DNA of 64,000 nt from positions 16,281-80,280 of the forward strand of contig JAQGDQ010000268.1 in NCBI GenBank assembly GCA_030141605.1, written 5' to 3'. Under the pieces are notes generated by a model. The model was not told the origin of the DNA. It worked only from the letters and a program-made list of their open reading frames with translations, and searched no databases. Origin of the DNA: Tubiluchus corallicola (taxonomy: Eukaryota > Animalia > Priapulida). The translations under genes were made by a program, and so were the position numbers. Position 1 is the first letter of the stretch. Each line of letters starts with the position of its first letter. Below, in pieces: positions 1 to 12,409 of this stretch.

Positions 1-182
1 GTTTGCTACAACTTTTAGCCAGATTTTTGTAATTTTTTTATATTCTACAAATTCATTTTATGAGTAATCATATCAGATAAGAATTTGAAACAGCACTGCA
101 GAATTTTGAAGCTAGGTGTCACACAAGAGGTGTCACGCTAACTAGTAACACAAAAAAATCCCGGAGAAATGAAGTCTCTTAC

Positions 183-3100
183 CATGCTCACAATCTCATT
201 AGGATCCCGATTCTTGCAAACTGGACAAATGTAGTCAAGAGTTGGTTCCTCTTCCCGACTTTGTTGGAGCAATTCCAGTTCTGGATCACACTCACCGTGT
301 ATATGCCTTGATAAAAACAAGCCACAATTTGAAAAAAGAAGCAATTCTAATACATTCTGCTTATAATGCTAGAGATATCTAAGAGAATATTAAAAATGAT
401 GAAAGACAAACGAGACAAATTTATTTGGGAAAATTACAAATCAGACGTACATTTTAGCATCGAGTCACAAGCTTCATTAAAACACACAGAAATAACTGCA
501 CAGAAATCCATTCAACAGATAAAGAGACTTCAGCTGATTGGATATTTAGCAATAAAATAAAGCGTCCTGAACTTAATATAACAGTACACTGATAAACCTT
601 TCATAAAATTATGTCATTTGATTTCATATGCAACACCTGTCTTAAAAATTAAATCAATTCAGAAATGAATAGATTTATGTGAGGAAAAACATAAAAACCA
701 AAAACCATGATTCATCAAACAAGGAAATACTATTAATAATATCAGATTTATTGTTTCTTAAACTTAATATAAAACAGAAACCACAAGAAATATACTGAAA
801 ATGCTGCAGTACAAAAATATTAATATAAAAATGTTGTTTCCTCTTACTTGCCTACTTATACGTTTTACAGTTTTAATTACAACAAATCACTAGTTAAATC
901 TAACATATCATTTGAAGTACCATACTAGGCAAGCACCAAATACAAAACTTAGAAACTCACTTCTCGCATAAGCTGCACTGAAACATAGCCTTCTGAGTAT
1001 TGCAATGACGATAAGCTTTTCCACACATGGGACAGTACAAGCCCTTGTTCCGCTGCTGATAGCAACTGTCACAGATGGAGTAATTCAGATGCCATCGAGA
1101 GCTGGGACCGCTTCCGGGTGTTCTGGAACCACAGTCACCGCATACTCTGCAATTCTGAAAAGAAAACAAAGTGAGTGTTAAAGCAATTCTACCAAAGTTT
1201 TTTATTTTAGTGTATATTTTTAAACATTAGCTAATTACTAAAATAATCCTAATATTAAAACAGAAAAAAATTGCGAAGCTGCAAAATGCTCCTCGGTTTT
1301 CATTAGGTGGAAAAAAGTTAGAACGGGAAACCACATAAAAATAATAAATTAATTTTTTAGGTTTCTTGTATTATTTTGCCTTGCACCTAAATGGTTTGAC
1401 AACTCTTTACTGTATACACAACCTCTGGTGTCTGCTAGACATATAACAAAGTTTGTGTTTCTCTGCTAGTTACAAGTGGCCGGTGATACTGTTTCTGCTT
1501 CTGTTTTTTCCTGTGCTTTTATTTGTTATGCCTCTATGATTTTAATATGTGAGTACATCCTTTTTTAAGTGTGGTATTTTTATCTGCAAATAATGTATAT
1601 AAAAAAATAATTTTAGCGTCTTTATATGACATTTTCCTTTTTTACTTTTTCCCACCTAATAATAAACTGCAGAGGCAGTTTGACAACATCTTGCCTTTTC
1701 ACTGTTTTCACTAACATATTTTTTAGTATTTATCATTAACAATTAAATATGCAGTACACAATAGCTAGTCGAGAAATCAAGTAAGGCTGTTAACACTAAC
1801 GTAAGGGCTAAATGTAGACTGAAACTGGTAGTATTGAACAGAATGTAGGTAGCCTTAAACATCAAAAACAAGACTGTACTACAGTTACCAAATAAACTAA
1901 TAGCATCATTTATACAAGTAAGCTCCAACTAGTATAAACAAAAAGCAATATTACAAGAACTGTCACTCTAATATTTTACAGTAACAAATATTACAGTAAA
2001 AAAATTTACAGTAGTAAAATATTTAATCATTTTTTATTTCAGTTTAAGAGATTCAAATTACGTTTTAAGTCGATCAACCATTCAAAAACTATTCCACCTG
2101 TAAAGCTGCAAACAGCACAGCTGTGAACATAAAGACTCTTGTTTACTCATATAACAATCTTCTAAAACACATTCACTTAAAAATGTTAAGTTCTTACCAA
2201 GGCCGTGGAGTCGGTACATTACACTCCTGACTCCGACTCCTGGAATTTTAGAAGTTGGAATGCTGACTCTGACTCATAAAATTTTAGATCCAACTCCGAC
2301 TACTAAAATTTTAGGACAGTCAATTCTGACTCCTGCCTTTAAGTAATAGTTTGTAATACTCTCAACGTTTAGCTACAGTGGCATTTCATCACTACTTCTT
2401 ATGCTCGAAAAACAGTCTAGCTGCGCAGACACCAATACGAAAGCGTCCCAAAATGGGACGTTATGCATAAATGCATTTAAAGTTAAAAGTAACAGGAGTC
2501 TGAGTTTGTCTATTTTTTACCAATTTTAGCACCGACTGCTCTAACAATAAGTGTACTCTCGAGTACCGACTCCAAAACCCCAAGTTTTAACAACTCCGAC
2601 CCCCGCTCCCCTGGACTCCAGGACTCCGACTCCACAGCCCTGATTCTTACACAAGCCATATTGTTATTACTTCTAAAGAACACAATAGTGCTCCCGACAT
2701 CTTGATTATTTGGATATTAAAAGTACTACAGTTTTGGCGAGACAAGTGCAAATTGGATTACACCACACACTTTTTAACAACTTGGTTATCAATACCTTAC
2801 ATTTCCAGCCATTTTTTGGTATGGTTGTCATGACCGGTTTCAGACAGAACGTGTGGTAACCTTTATCGCATGTATCACACACTAGCATCTTGTTGTCATC
2901 ACCTGGTTGCCTGCAGGTCTGACAGATCTTACACTCCGGACACTGCCAGCCAGCTCGCACAGCCGGGTCAACCATAACCGGTGGATCGAGACAGTTACCG
3001 TGGTAATGCTGCCCACAGCTGGTGCAGAACAACTGCTGGGAAATATCTCCTGCGGACTCACACACAACACATAATGCTTCAGAATCAGCTGAAATGCATG

Positions 3101-6100
3101 AAATCAATGTTGAAAAGCAAAAATCCACCATTGTCAAGACTAAATTACATTTGTAACTCAGCTGCGTATCAGTTTTAGTGAATTAGTATTTGATGGTTAT
3201 ATCTGTTCTGTGAAGCAAAAATGCACAAATGTACAATGAAATGTAAACCTAATGCAACACATTTCTTACAGCCTGACCTACAAAGTGAAGCTACCAATGA
3301 TTACCAATGATTTTGTTTGCAATTACTTTACACTGATTAAAGATGAAATGGCACTATTTTGCAACAAACAAGAAAACTTAACAAACAAATATATGTGCAA
3401 ATCTGCATCTAGCTGCTTTATTTATCAGCAATGCATTGGAGACAAGGCACATACATTCACAAAATCATCTCACATTTTATATGAGCTTGTTTTAATACCA
3501 CAGCTTGATTTTCGAACTTATTAGTATCAAAAATACAGAAAAACTCACAGCACCCATCAACTGCCATCAAATTACAGAGAAATCTGAGATAAATTGCATT
3601 GTTATTCCCCTTAAAGTAACCACTTTTTATTATAATAAATAAAGTAAATATAATACTTTATCTTATACGGCCACATCTAAGCATACGGCAATGCTAAACC
3701 TTACATTAAGTTAATTCAAGGTTAATGCCTCAAACAAATGCAGCAAACAATAATTACCAACATTAACAGCCTCAGCTAGATGATCTGGACACAGTAACGA
3801 CATGGTTTTTATGTCCTGAAATGCCCCACTACTGGCTGCACAGGGGTAATGATAATTTTTTTCGCACTTCGGGATACGACACAAGATCGTCGCACCATAT
3901 TTCCGACAGTAATTACATTTCTGTAATGAAAAGCAAAATGTTAAAAAAGCATATGTAAACCTTGGTATTAAATACAATAGTTTGCAAGTCTATCATTTAA
4001 TGCAATTAATACAGTAAACTACTATAAAACAGATATTGCTAACACATAATGGTATATGAAGATACAAACCTCATTCATTCCATTATAAACAGCTTTGTCT
4101 ACATTAAGCAATGTATAGTCTTCATTCTGACAAACCCCTTCAGACCAAGCAGCACAGCAGTGGTGACACCACGTATGGCCTAAAGAAATATTATACATAA
4201 ATGATACAATTCGGATATTTTAAACACTGATCAGAGACCAGAGATCTCTAACCAGATATTGTTCTGCTCATAACAAATTTTTCTCTTTTTCCGCATAAAT
4301 GTGGCAAGTATAATATTCTCATTGGTACCATCTCAACGAAACTGTTGCATAAGCGAATATTCAGGTTAATGTGAGAAGGCTCATTGGATGTGTGCCAGGG
4401 ATGAGAATGACAAATTGCAAAAAACTCTGAAACAGGCCGGGGGGCGCCCAATTGCAATTTTGTGACCATAGAGAGCATCTGTAAGTGGACTTAAAATATC
4501 AATTACCTTGTTTCATGCATAATTTAAAATACCCAACTATCAAGGATACGCGATACATATGATCGTGAAGCTTCAAAAAATTAACAAATTTTATTTTGTA
4601 CAATTTTGTTGCCTATATTTCATAAATTATAAAATTAAACTTGGCTTTATTCAAACTACGCTTTGGTATTTTGGTTGTTTGTGTCTGGAGGCCTCAAAGC
4701 TTCACATTTGTCAGCAATGAACATATGCCGCATTGCCGTGAAAGGCATGCTACAAATCCTACAGATTATCAAATAAACGATATTTAAGCTTCATTTGAAC
4801 TATTTTAGCCAAAATTTTTCAGCGATTTTTAACATCTAGGAGATAAAAGGTAAGCTCGAAAAAATGCTACTGAAAGTTTCGGTAATGATTTTGATGAAAA
4901 CTAGGTTCAACCCCGAAAATTTTTCTCAACGAATTTATGCGATTTACAAAAATTGCACTACTAGTCTTCCAAAAACTCGGAATTCTGCGTATACGCGGAA
5001 AATTCTCATCCCTGAGGTTTACAAAATAACTATAACTCAAGACATAACTCTGTCTTGATGGGCTCAAAGTTCCTATGCAAATAATCAAAAAAAGTGCATG
5101 CACACAAGGAAACGTTACATACAACAAATCATGTCGAGCATTGTCATCAAGCATTGTTACCTGTAGGCTCAAATAAAAAAGCAATATCAACATCATCAGG
5201 ATATCCAACCATGCTGAGTTCATCTACAACCTCTGCACCAAAACCCTGTCCAAATTCATCCTGTGAGCGAACATTGCGTCTTGGTGATTTACACTTTTCT
5301 CTAAATAAAAAACAAAGGTGCAACGCACTCAAAACAAATTTCCACAAATAAACATGGTCAAATTTCTTCCCACATCTGACCTTAATATTGCTCAAAATGT
5401 GAACGTGACCTAATGTGACTGCAAGGTAAGAGTTTGCTTGTAAACATAGTTTAGCAAATTATTAGAAACTCATGTTTGAATTTAACATTACACTTTAATA
5501 TAAGTACATAACATAAGTATTCAAATATATAAAATCGCCATTGCCAAGCAATTTAAAAATAAACATTATAAGTTAACAATGCCACCTATGCACAACACCA
5601 GCAACTAGTGCAATGATATAGGATTGCCAGCTAATGATGTGGGACTACAACTGACGTTTCTCATTTCAGGCAGCCAAGGTGCCTGTGTATGACCACTATT
5701 TCATTAAATTTTTGTTAACGTCCATAACATGTTATAATGTCGTGAAAATATATACAATTATATTTTAATAATTGTATTTTCTCAACCAACTAGTCAAAAA
5801 TAAGTGTACATGGTGACGGATAATGCAAAGCATACCAGTTGTTCAATAAATACTAAGAACCGACAGAGATAAAGCAATTTACTATTTGTTAATTGGCCCA
5901 GTAACTGCATTATTCAACAAACATTAACCATTTGACATACAAATGCCTGAATATTCTAATATACATTTGTATAACAAGTTAATAATGACCAAAATATGTC
6001 AACCAACCTTGGCTTAGTTGGTAGCCGCTGCTGACGAAATGTCAAATGTTTAGGACTTCTTTCACAGACTGTTTCTTTCTCAATTTCGGGTGATCCTTTT

Positions 6101-8354
6101 TTACTTCTATTATGCGCTCTCTTAAAAACATTGAAACCGGGAGTGGGTTCGTAACGGGTCATATCACCCTGTCCAAGCAGACTCTTTTCTCCACAGTTGC
6201 ACAGCGCACACTTTTGATTACTAAACAAATATTAAACCATTTTACAGGTAATCTAGTCTTAGCTTAAAGGAAACAGCTTTTGCAAAAGATTATAATTCAA
6301 TTTCAGCTTTAATAAAAAAATGCATAGAGTTGCAAAGGCAGAGCGTAGAATAAAAAACTATAACTTATACAAACTGTAAGTTGCCTTGTAAGTATGAGAT
6401 AAAAAATAAAACAGAACACTATACAGTAGGAAATTTGCATTTTTTCAAGTATAAAAATTTTCTTTTTTTACACTTAACAGATTTTTTGCGCAGCATTAGA
6501 ACATATGTTATTATGTGCGCAACAGTGCAAATGAAACCTATAATTCAGGATTAAGGGGTACTACTCACTGAACAAAATAAGTACTAATATCATGTAAAAA
6601 GGATTACATTTTAAACTAATCTCGGGGAAGGCTCACATTTTTATCAAACATACTCAGACAATTTAACTTCAAATTAGAAAATTTATACATACAAAGGACA
6701 CGACAACTCTGGTATAGATAAATGCATGTCACAGAGATTTTAATGACATTACAATGACTGTATTGTAATGCAATCTCATTTCAGGTGTAAATATAACGTC
6801 AGGCCATGTTATTATTCACTGTTCGCTATTCCGTTTCAAACCTTATTGTAATATATATTTGCAGACTTTGACTAAAGGATAATCCCTGCACACCAAAAAT
6901 AGGCCAACTGTCTTTTCCCCTCAAATAATCATCTCACTGCTGGCTCCCGAAGTTCTTCTGAACTTTAAGAAACCATGCCCCAAGGAGCTATTTGAGTCTT
7001 AAGATTTAACGACACAGCCATAGCTCATGTTACTCATCTATATACTGATAATACTTTAATTTAAATTAAAAAAAACATGGCAGATTCATTTTAAAAACAC
7101 TCCTGTTCTAGATGTCAACTATCAAGGATTTTGAATGAATTAATAACTGATGTTAATTGTACTAATTTGTTAATTCTAGTAATTCAGAGTTTGTTTCTAA
7201 CCAACACTTACCTTTCGGGTCTAGAATCATCACCCTGTTCGCTGGCGCTAAATATTTCCGTTGATACCGACTGCTCTCCCAATAAGCTCCCAGAATCACT
7301 AAATACAACATCGTGAACCTCACTAGTCGAAGCATCCTGGAACTCGGCCTTTAACTCAGCATTTATGTAAGGATTGCAGAGTTCAGAAGATAACGAGATG
7401 TCTTCACGTGATTTTGCCTGCACACTAGAAAGCTCACCTCCACTCATGGTAGAGATAGGTCTAGATTCTAAAGGTCCTGTAGTTGGCAGTTGCGAAGTAA
7501 AAGTAGAAATCGGAAGAGCTGCTTCGTCTGGTTTTAAAGACGACAAAGTTGGCATAGGTTGCGGTACTCTCACTTTAATCCTAAAAATCAAGAAAATTTT
7601 AGGCATTTTTACTTGATCATTATGTCACTAAGTGAAACCACAGTTTGAATTTGTGCATTAAGGAATGTGCAAAGCAACACCACATATAATTAAAAGGGGT
7701 GACTTTAACTAAATAACTTATGCTAAACTCACAATTAATGGTCAACATGATATACCAGAACCTTTAAAAGCTTCATTATTAAAAATTTTGATGAATACAT
7801 ATTTATTACTACAAAAAAGCATGAATTTTATTGGAATTAAGGTCTGCCAGTTATTTTTTTTAAAAACTGATTATTCGACGGTTTGTAATCCCCAAAATAT
7901 ATATCTTTTGGATTTCTACTCTGCAAGCAACAGTAGAGCAAAGTTTTGAATTTACAGAATAAGGTGCTCAGAATATATTTGTAGTTATCGCTCATTAACT
8001 CATGAACAAAAAAAATCAAACAGTGCAATATGCTCTTCAATTTCACAGAATTTTACATGCAATTTAAATTAGTGATCATCAGTCTTACTTTTCTATCTTC
8101 TTCTTTTGTACTTTAGGAACTGGAGAAGCGCCATCCTTCCGTGGTCTACCAGGACCCCTTTTCAGGTTTTGTGCAGATCCCGGAAATGTACAGTCACCTG
8201 GCGTGCCTTCGCATCCAGCAGTACCTCCAGCACTGTCGCCTTCTGCATTCGAGATAACTTCTTTTTCAGGATTACCTTCTAGAGGAAAATCTACACCTCC
8301 TGAATGCTCTTCTTGTGAAGATTTCTCATGACTGTCCGGAGCTTCAGTGTCCAT
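183..8354 (-). CDS. KMT2C: Histone-lysine N-methyltransferase 2C/2D (MLL3/4-like), N-terminal part; continues beyond the window start
   Basis: Nine phase-consistent GT-AG coding exons (minus strand): 8354-8089, 7580-7212, 6220-6008, 5300-5161, 4179-4070, 3920-3758, 3088-2796, 1154-961, 306-183. The spliced protein has an AT-hook (KRGPGRPRK), an extended PHD (CALCNCGEKSLLGQGDM...WCHHCCAAWSEGV...CNYCRKYGATILC...YHYPCA), tandem PHDs (CVVC...FCTSCGQHYHGNCLD...WQCPECKICQTC...MLVCDTCDKGYHTFCLKP...GWKCK) and a further PHD (CPMCGKAY...CSLCEKHIHGECD...YICPVC). This matches the KMT2C N-terminal architecture. The SET domain is outside the window. Confidence 0.92.
1225..1742. mobile_element. Diverged foldback/MITE-like element with ~130 bp imperfect inverted arms, in a KMT2C intron
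   Basis: About 1225-1360 (…cattaggtggaaaaaagt…) matches the reverse complement of about 1600-1742 (…actttttcccacctaat…) along the whole arm, with many mismatches. Confidence 0.55.
2198..2642. mobile_element. Non-autonomous hAT-type MITE with internal CCGACT repeats
   Basis: TIRs caaggccgtggagtcgg / ccgactccacagccctg. The 8-bp target site duplication is gttcttac (2190-2197) / attcttac (2643-2650). Several internal (c)cgactc/tgactc units. Confidence 0.8.
4560..4850 (+). repeat. Dispersed repeat copy A (homologous to 30030-30300)
   Basis: Colinear similarity with the 30 kb copy: aacaaattttatttt…ttgcctatattt…tggttg…ctggag…atgccgc.ttgccg…atttgaactatt.tagccaa.atttttc.gcg. Confidence 0.7.
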
Positions 8355-8356
8355 AC

Positions 8357-8416
8357 TCAACCCCGGACTATAGTGTCAGTTGATGTCATCATTCGTATGA
8401 CCTCCTTAGATGGCAT
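8357..8416 (-). other. 19-codon upstream ORF in the KMT2C leader exon
   Basis: Minus strand reads ATG CCA TCT AAG GAG GTC ATA CGA ATG ATG ACA TCA ACT GAC ACT ATA GTC CGG GGT TGA GT ATG(main). It lies inside the exon that starts after the acceptor tctttttag at 8451. Confidence 0.6.
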
Positions 8417-8748
8417 AAATGGTTTTACTAAAGCCAGAGACCAACCACTACCTAAAAAGAGAAACAAACATAATCGTTAATTAAGGTTGACGCCCATGAA
8501 TAACAGTTAGTAGTCAAAAATTGTTTTCTGTATTGTCACACGTTACACACACTAACGACTTCCATGAAGAAAATGGGTAACTAACACGTAGAATCCTATC
8601 GTATGATAAAGAATGAAAAGTTCAAAGAAATTTGCGAAGCTTGCAGAGTACAAGCAGGTGTAGGCGTAAACTCGATTTCAAAAATAGCTCCATTATCCTC
8701 TACCACGCTCTTTATAAAATCCGAAAAAATATCATTCATAAAGCTTAC

Positions 8749-9250
8749 CTATCCTACAATCACATACAACAAAAATAATGTGTTGCAACAATAATCTTTT
8801 AACAAAGAGTGCTATAGTATCCTGCTATAAATTTTTCTAAAATAGCTTCTGCCATGTTAGAAAAGCCATATCTAGTATCAATGCGCTACTTGTGCAAAAC
8901 GCTATTTTGCTTTGTTTAACATGCGGCTTTTAAAACAATGTTAATTAACTAATTAAAAATCTGCTATTTTTTGAGATTTATAGCAGGTTGCGATAATGTG
9001 GAAATAAGTTCTTTTGTAGAAATAATTTTGTTACTACTTTCACTAAAAGCACTAACACTTTACCAAAGAACGCGCTACGGTTGTACGATCAAAATAGCCA
9101 GAAAACGGCGAGTATATGTATGCCACATTATTACGGTTTGTGTCTAGAAAGTCGGTTGTAATTTTTTGCTGGAGCGTTTGTTTCTACTAGCCACTTTTCT
9201 CTATAAACTGGATAATTTGATGTGGTGTTTAGTTAACAGTATCAAGTATA
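8749..9250. promoter_or_regulatory. Candidate bidirectional promoter and first exons between KMT2C (-) and the ZDHHC gene (+)
   Basis: The two genes are head to head. There is a strong minus-strand donor AG|GTAAGC at 8748 and a locally CpG-richer stretch at about 8880-9260. The TSSs are inferred, not observed. Confidence 0.4.
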
Positions 9251-10839
9251 TTACGCAGTGGCTATGGCCGATTAATGCCTCCATTTATTTAAATCGGGTT
9301 TAACTTAAAAAAACTGTATTGATCTAAACTGGAATTTACCTAGACTTTAGTTAGTATCTTGAAAGACCGCGACAGTGATAGATAGTTGGGGAACCTATAA
9401 TTTTTCATTAAAGTTCTAGTAGTTTCTACAAAACGTCGTTTCTTGTTTATTTTTCCTATGCTTGGCCATCAGACCATATATACATAAGCATTCTGCCTAC
9501 TTGTATTAATAGTTTGTAGCTGAGGTGCACAGATCTTTTATTTCTGTATCGCCAGCCATGTATTTCACAGGACGTACAAGTTCAAATTAATTTATGAAGC
9601 CAATGAAAAGAACATTTGGGTGTTAAACTGTGTTAATTGAAACACAGATGATGATTATATCAGAATAAAATCTGTGTTAATCAGTGCTAACTGGTCATTT
9701 GGCACAAAAACTGCCTGGCTGCTTGTTATTACTGCCAAGAATATGTAATGATTATCTCAATGATACAAGGGATAGTCTTGTGAAACCAACATTAAATGGC
9801 CTAAGAAGTTTAACTCTTCATTACATCTATGTTAAGGAGCATATATACACCAGTAACTCACCTTTCTCCATACTACTATTAGTTTATAATGTACACTCAT
9901 TATTTTACTAAATTTTTAGGCATAATTTTTTTTTTTAAACTCAGTTTGTAAAAAAACAATTTTAGCTGTTTCTTTGGGATGTGTCTCTCGCCGTGTCGCA
10001 AGACCCACATAGAGCAAATACTTAGTTTTAATTTGTTAACAAAGGACTTCTTAGTGAAGTGTGCAATCCTCCAAGTATGATTTTTTTCACACCTTAAGAA
10101 ATTAAGGATTAGTGATTGTTTTTCCATTTTATGAAATTTTAGTTCCATCGTGAAATTATTCAATTATAAAAGTTTAGGATCAGTATTCCAAGTTGTGATG
10201 CATCTAATTATATAAAGTTTACTGTCTTTCTTATTTACTTGCCTATATTTTTTGTATAATTACGTTTTTTGTTCTTTCTTTGTTATATTCTTATTAAATT
10301 TTTTTCATAGCTATTTTAATTTGTAATCATTGACACTGTCCTTTGAAGCACACTGAGGTTATAACTACAACTTTTTGAATTTTGTCTGTCGGTAGCATAT
10401 AGAACTTTGCTGGACTGCCTCTATAGCTGATTTTCTTTTTTCTTAGGTAATGCCTTTTCTTTGCATGTAAGCTATAAAAAGGTTAAATTCTATTAAAGCT
10501 TTATGTATTCCGCTACTCACTTTGTTTGCTATGCCTTTTGTCACAATTGTTCATGTGTCATCATATTTAGTGCCAGTACTTAACACTTGGAACTGCATGC
10601 ACTCTTGTGCCTCTGTGGTAATCCTGTGTTTATGATATCATTAATGTAGTGTTGAATGTTAACATTGTATTGTCTTACATGTACAGCAAGAAATATGCAC
10701 TTGCTGTTTTGTGTTCACTGCTTAACGTATTACTAATAAAGCCTAATCCCGCTTCAGATTATTGAGATTCTTTTTTGAGTCACTACTTACCTCTTTCAGT
10801 CGGTTTTTCAGATTTACGTCAGTTTTTTTTTAATAATAG

Positions 10840-10869
10840 GTGTTCAGTTTATAAACCATAAACTCATGG
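10840..10869 (+). other. Candidate 30-nt exon supplying ATG-G for the ZDHHC gene
   Basis: Acceptor ttttttttaataatag| and donor ATGG|gtaagc. Phase 1 matches the open frame at the 12410 acceptor, giving MGSKIESILDNK…. Confidence 0.4.
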
Positions 10870-12409
10870 GTAAGCTAGTACTAAGATAGCTGTGCCAACA
10901 TAATTGTTAGTGATTAGTTAATTATTGAAAGGCATGGCATACTTGCATACTTCTGTCTCTTCTTATCATTATGACTCATTTTGCACATATTTAGCTCACG
11001 CTTTTTTTTCCTGGTTTCAGTATATAGACATTTGTTTTGAATTTAAATTACCTACTTTTTAACCCTAACTTCGAATGATGCATCTCTGACGGTTTCTTTT
11101 TTGTTCAAGAGCTTTAGGTGCTCTTTTCTCTTTATTTTTTCTTTATTTTTATTTTATTTCCTCTTTAAGAGCTTTAAATATTCAAATTTTTACAGATAGC
11201 CTTCGATTCAGATTTTTGTTTAGTCCTTTTAGTCTAGGTAAAATTCAATAATTAACAAATATGTACATGCTATGCTATACATTAAAACGATTGCGAAGAT
11301 ATGCCAACGAAACAACAGACCTGAAAAACACAGGAAATCAATGCAAATATTTGTGAGTACACTATCTAGACTCTAAAGCAGCGTTTAATTTAGAGACATG
11401 CATGTTGTGTGGCAGTTGTCTGTATAATTAGATTGTTTAGTAGAATAATAACTTCAAATTTAATTTAAGTTTTTCAAATTAAATCACCCAAAGTACTGTT
11501 GTTTCAACATGATTTAATTGCTTTCTATCTGAAGGTATTCTTATCTACTAACAATTTCATTATAAACTGTCTCTTCTATACCTCAAGATTCAAAATGCAT
11601 AGGTCAAGGCCTATTTTAAAAACGGTCTATTACAGTGTGTAGTTAAATGTATGTTGACAACATAGAAATTTACTAACTATGTAATTATATATGTAGAATA
11701 TTATCAACATTTGGCATGTATCTGTAGCACATTTATTTTCTGAAAGTTTTGCTTATCAACCAGATAAATTTTATTAGCTCTAAAAACTTGTTTTGTTTCT
11801 TGTATGGACTGCTAAAGCTGCTTGACTCGATTTTTGCCTTTTGTTTAATTTGTTGCTAGTCCTTTTCGATTCTTATTTAGTGACTCAGCCGTGACAGCAC
11901 ATAATTAGTTCATGTTGCATTATACTTTGACTATTTAATATTTACTAGACAAATTTAAAGCCTCCCATGAAGCTTTCTTACAGACAATATACATAACTGG
12001 ATGAGTTGTTAAGAATACCCTTAGTTACTGTGCCTTGTGAAATTTTACAACATCTGATTCTAGTAAAAGATAGTAGATTTTTAGACCATCTTAATAAATT
12101 TAGATACAAATGCCATCCCTGCACATAAACATGTACACCAATTTCTTTTGTGTTTTTTATTGAGTTATAGCTATTATATAGATCTAAGAAAGGCAATTTA
12201 AGCGAGAATTTTTTTGCTAGTCATTGGTAGTTCACATGGTGCATGAATAAGGATGTGTTGTTAAGTCGCTGTTGTTTTCTTCTTTTAACGTAATTGTGTT
12301 CATATTCTTTTAAAGTGTGAAGTGGTGTTAAAAGTATTAAAGATGAATAGTGCATTAGGCACTGCGTTGTTTAAAAAGCTATCTTGAGCTTGGAATTTTT
12401 TGTTCTTAG

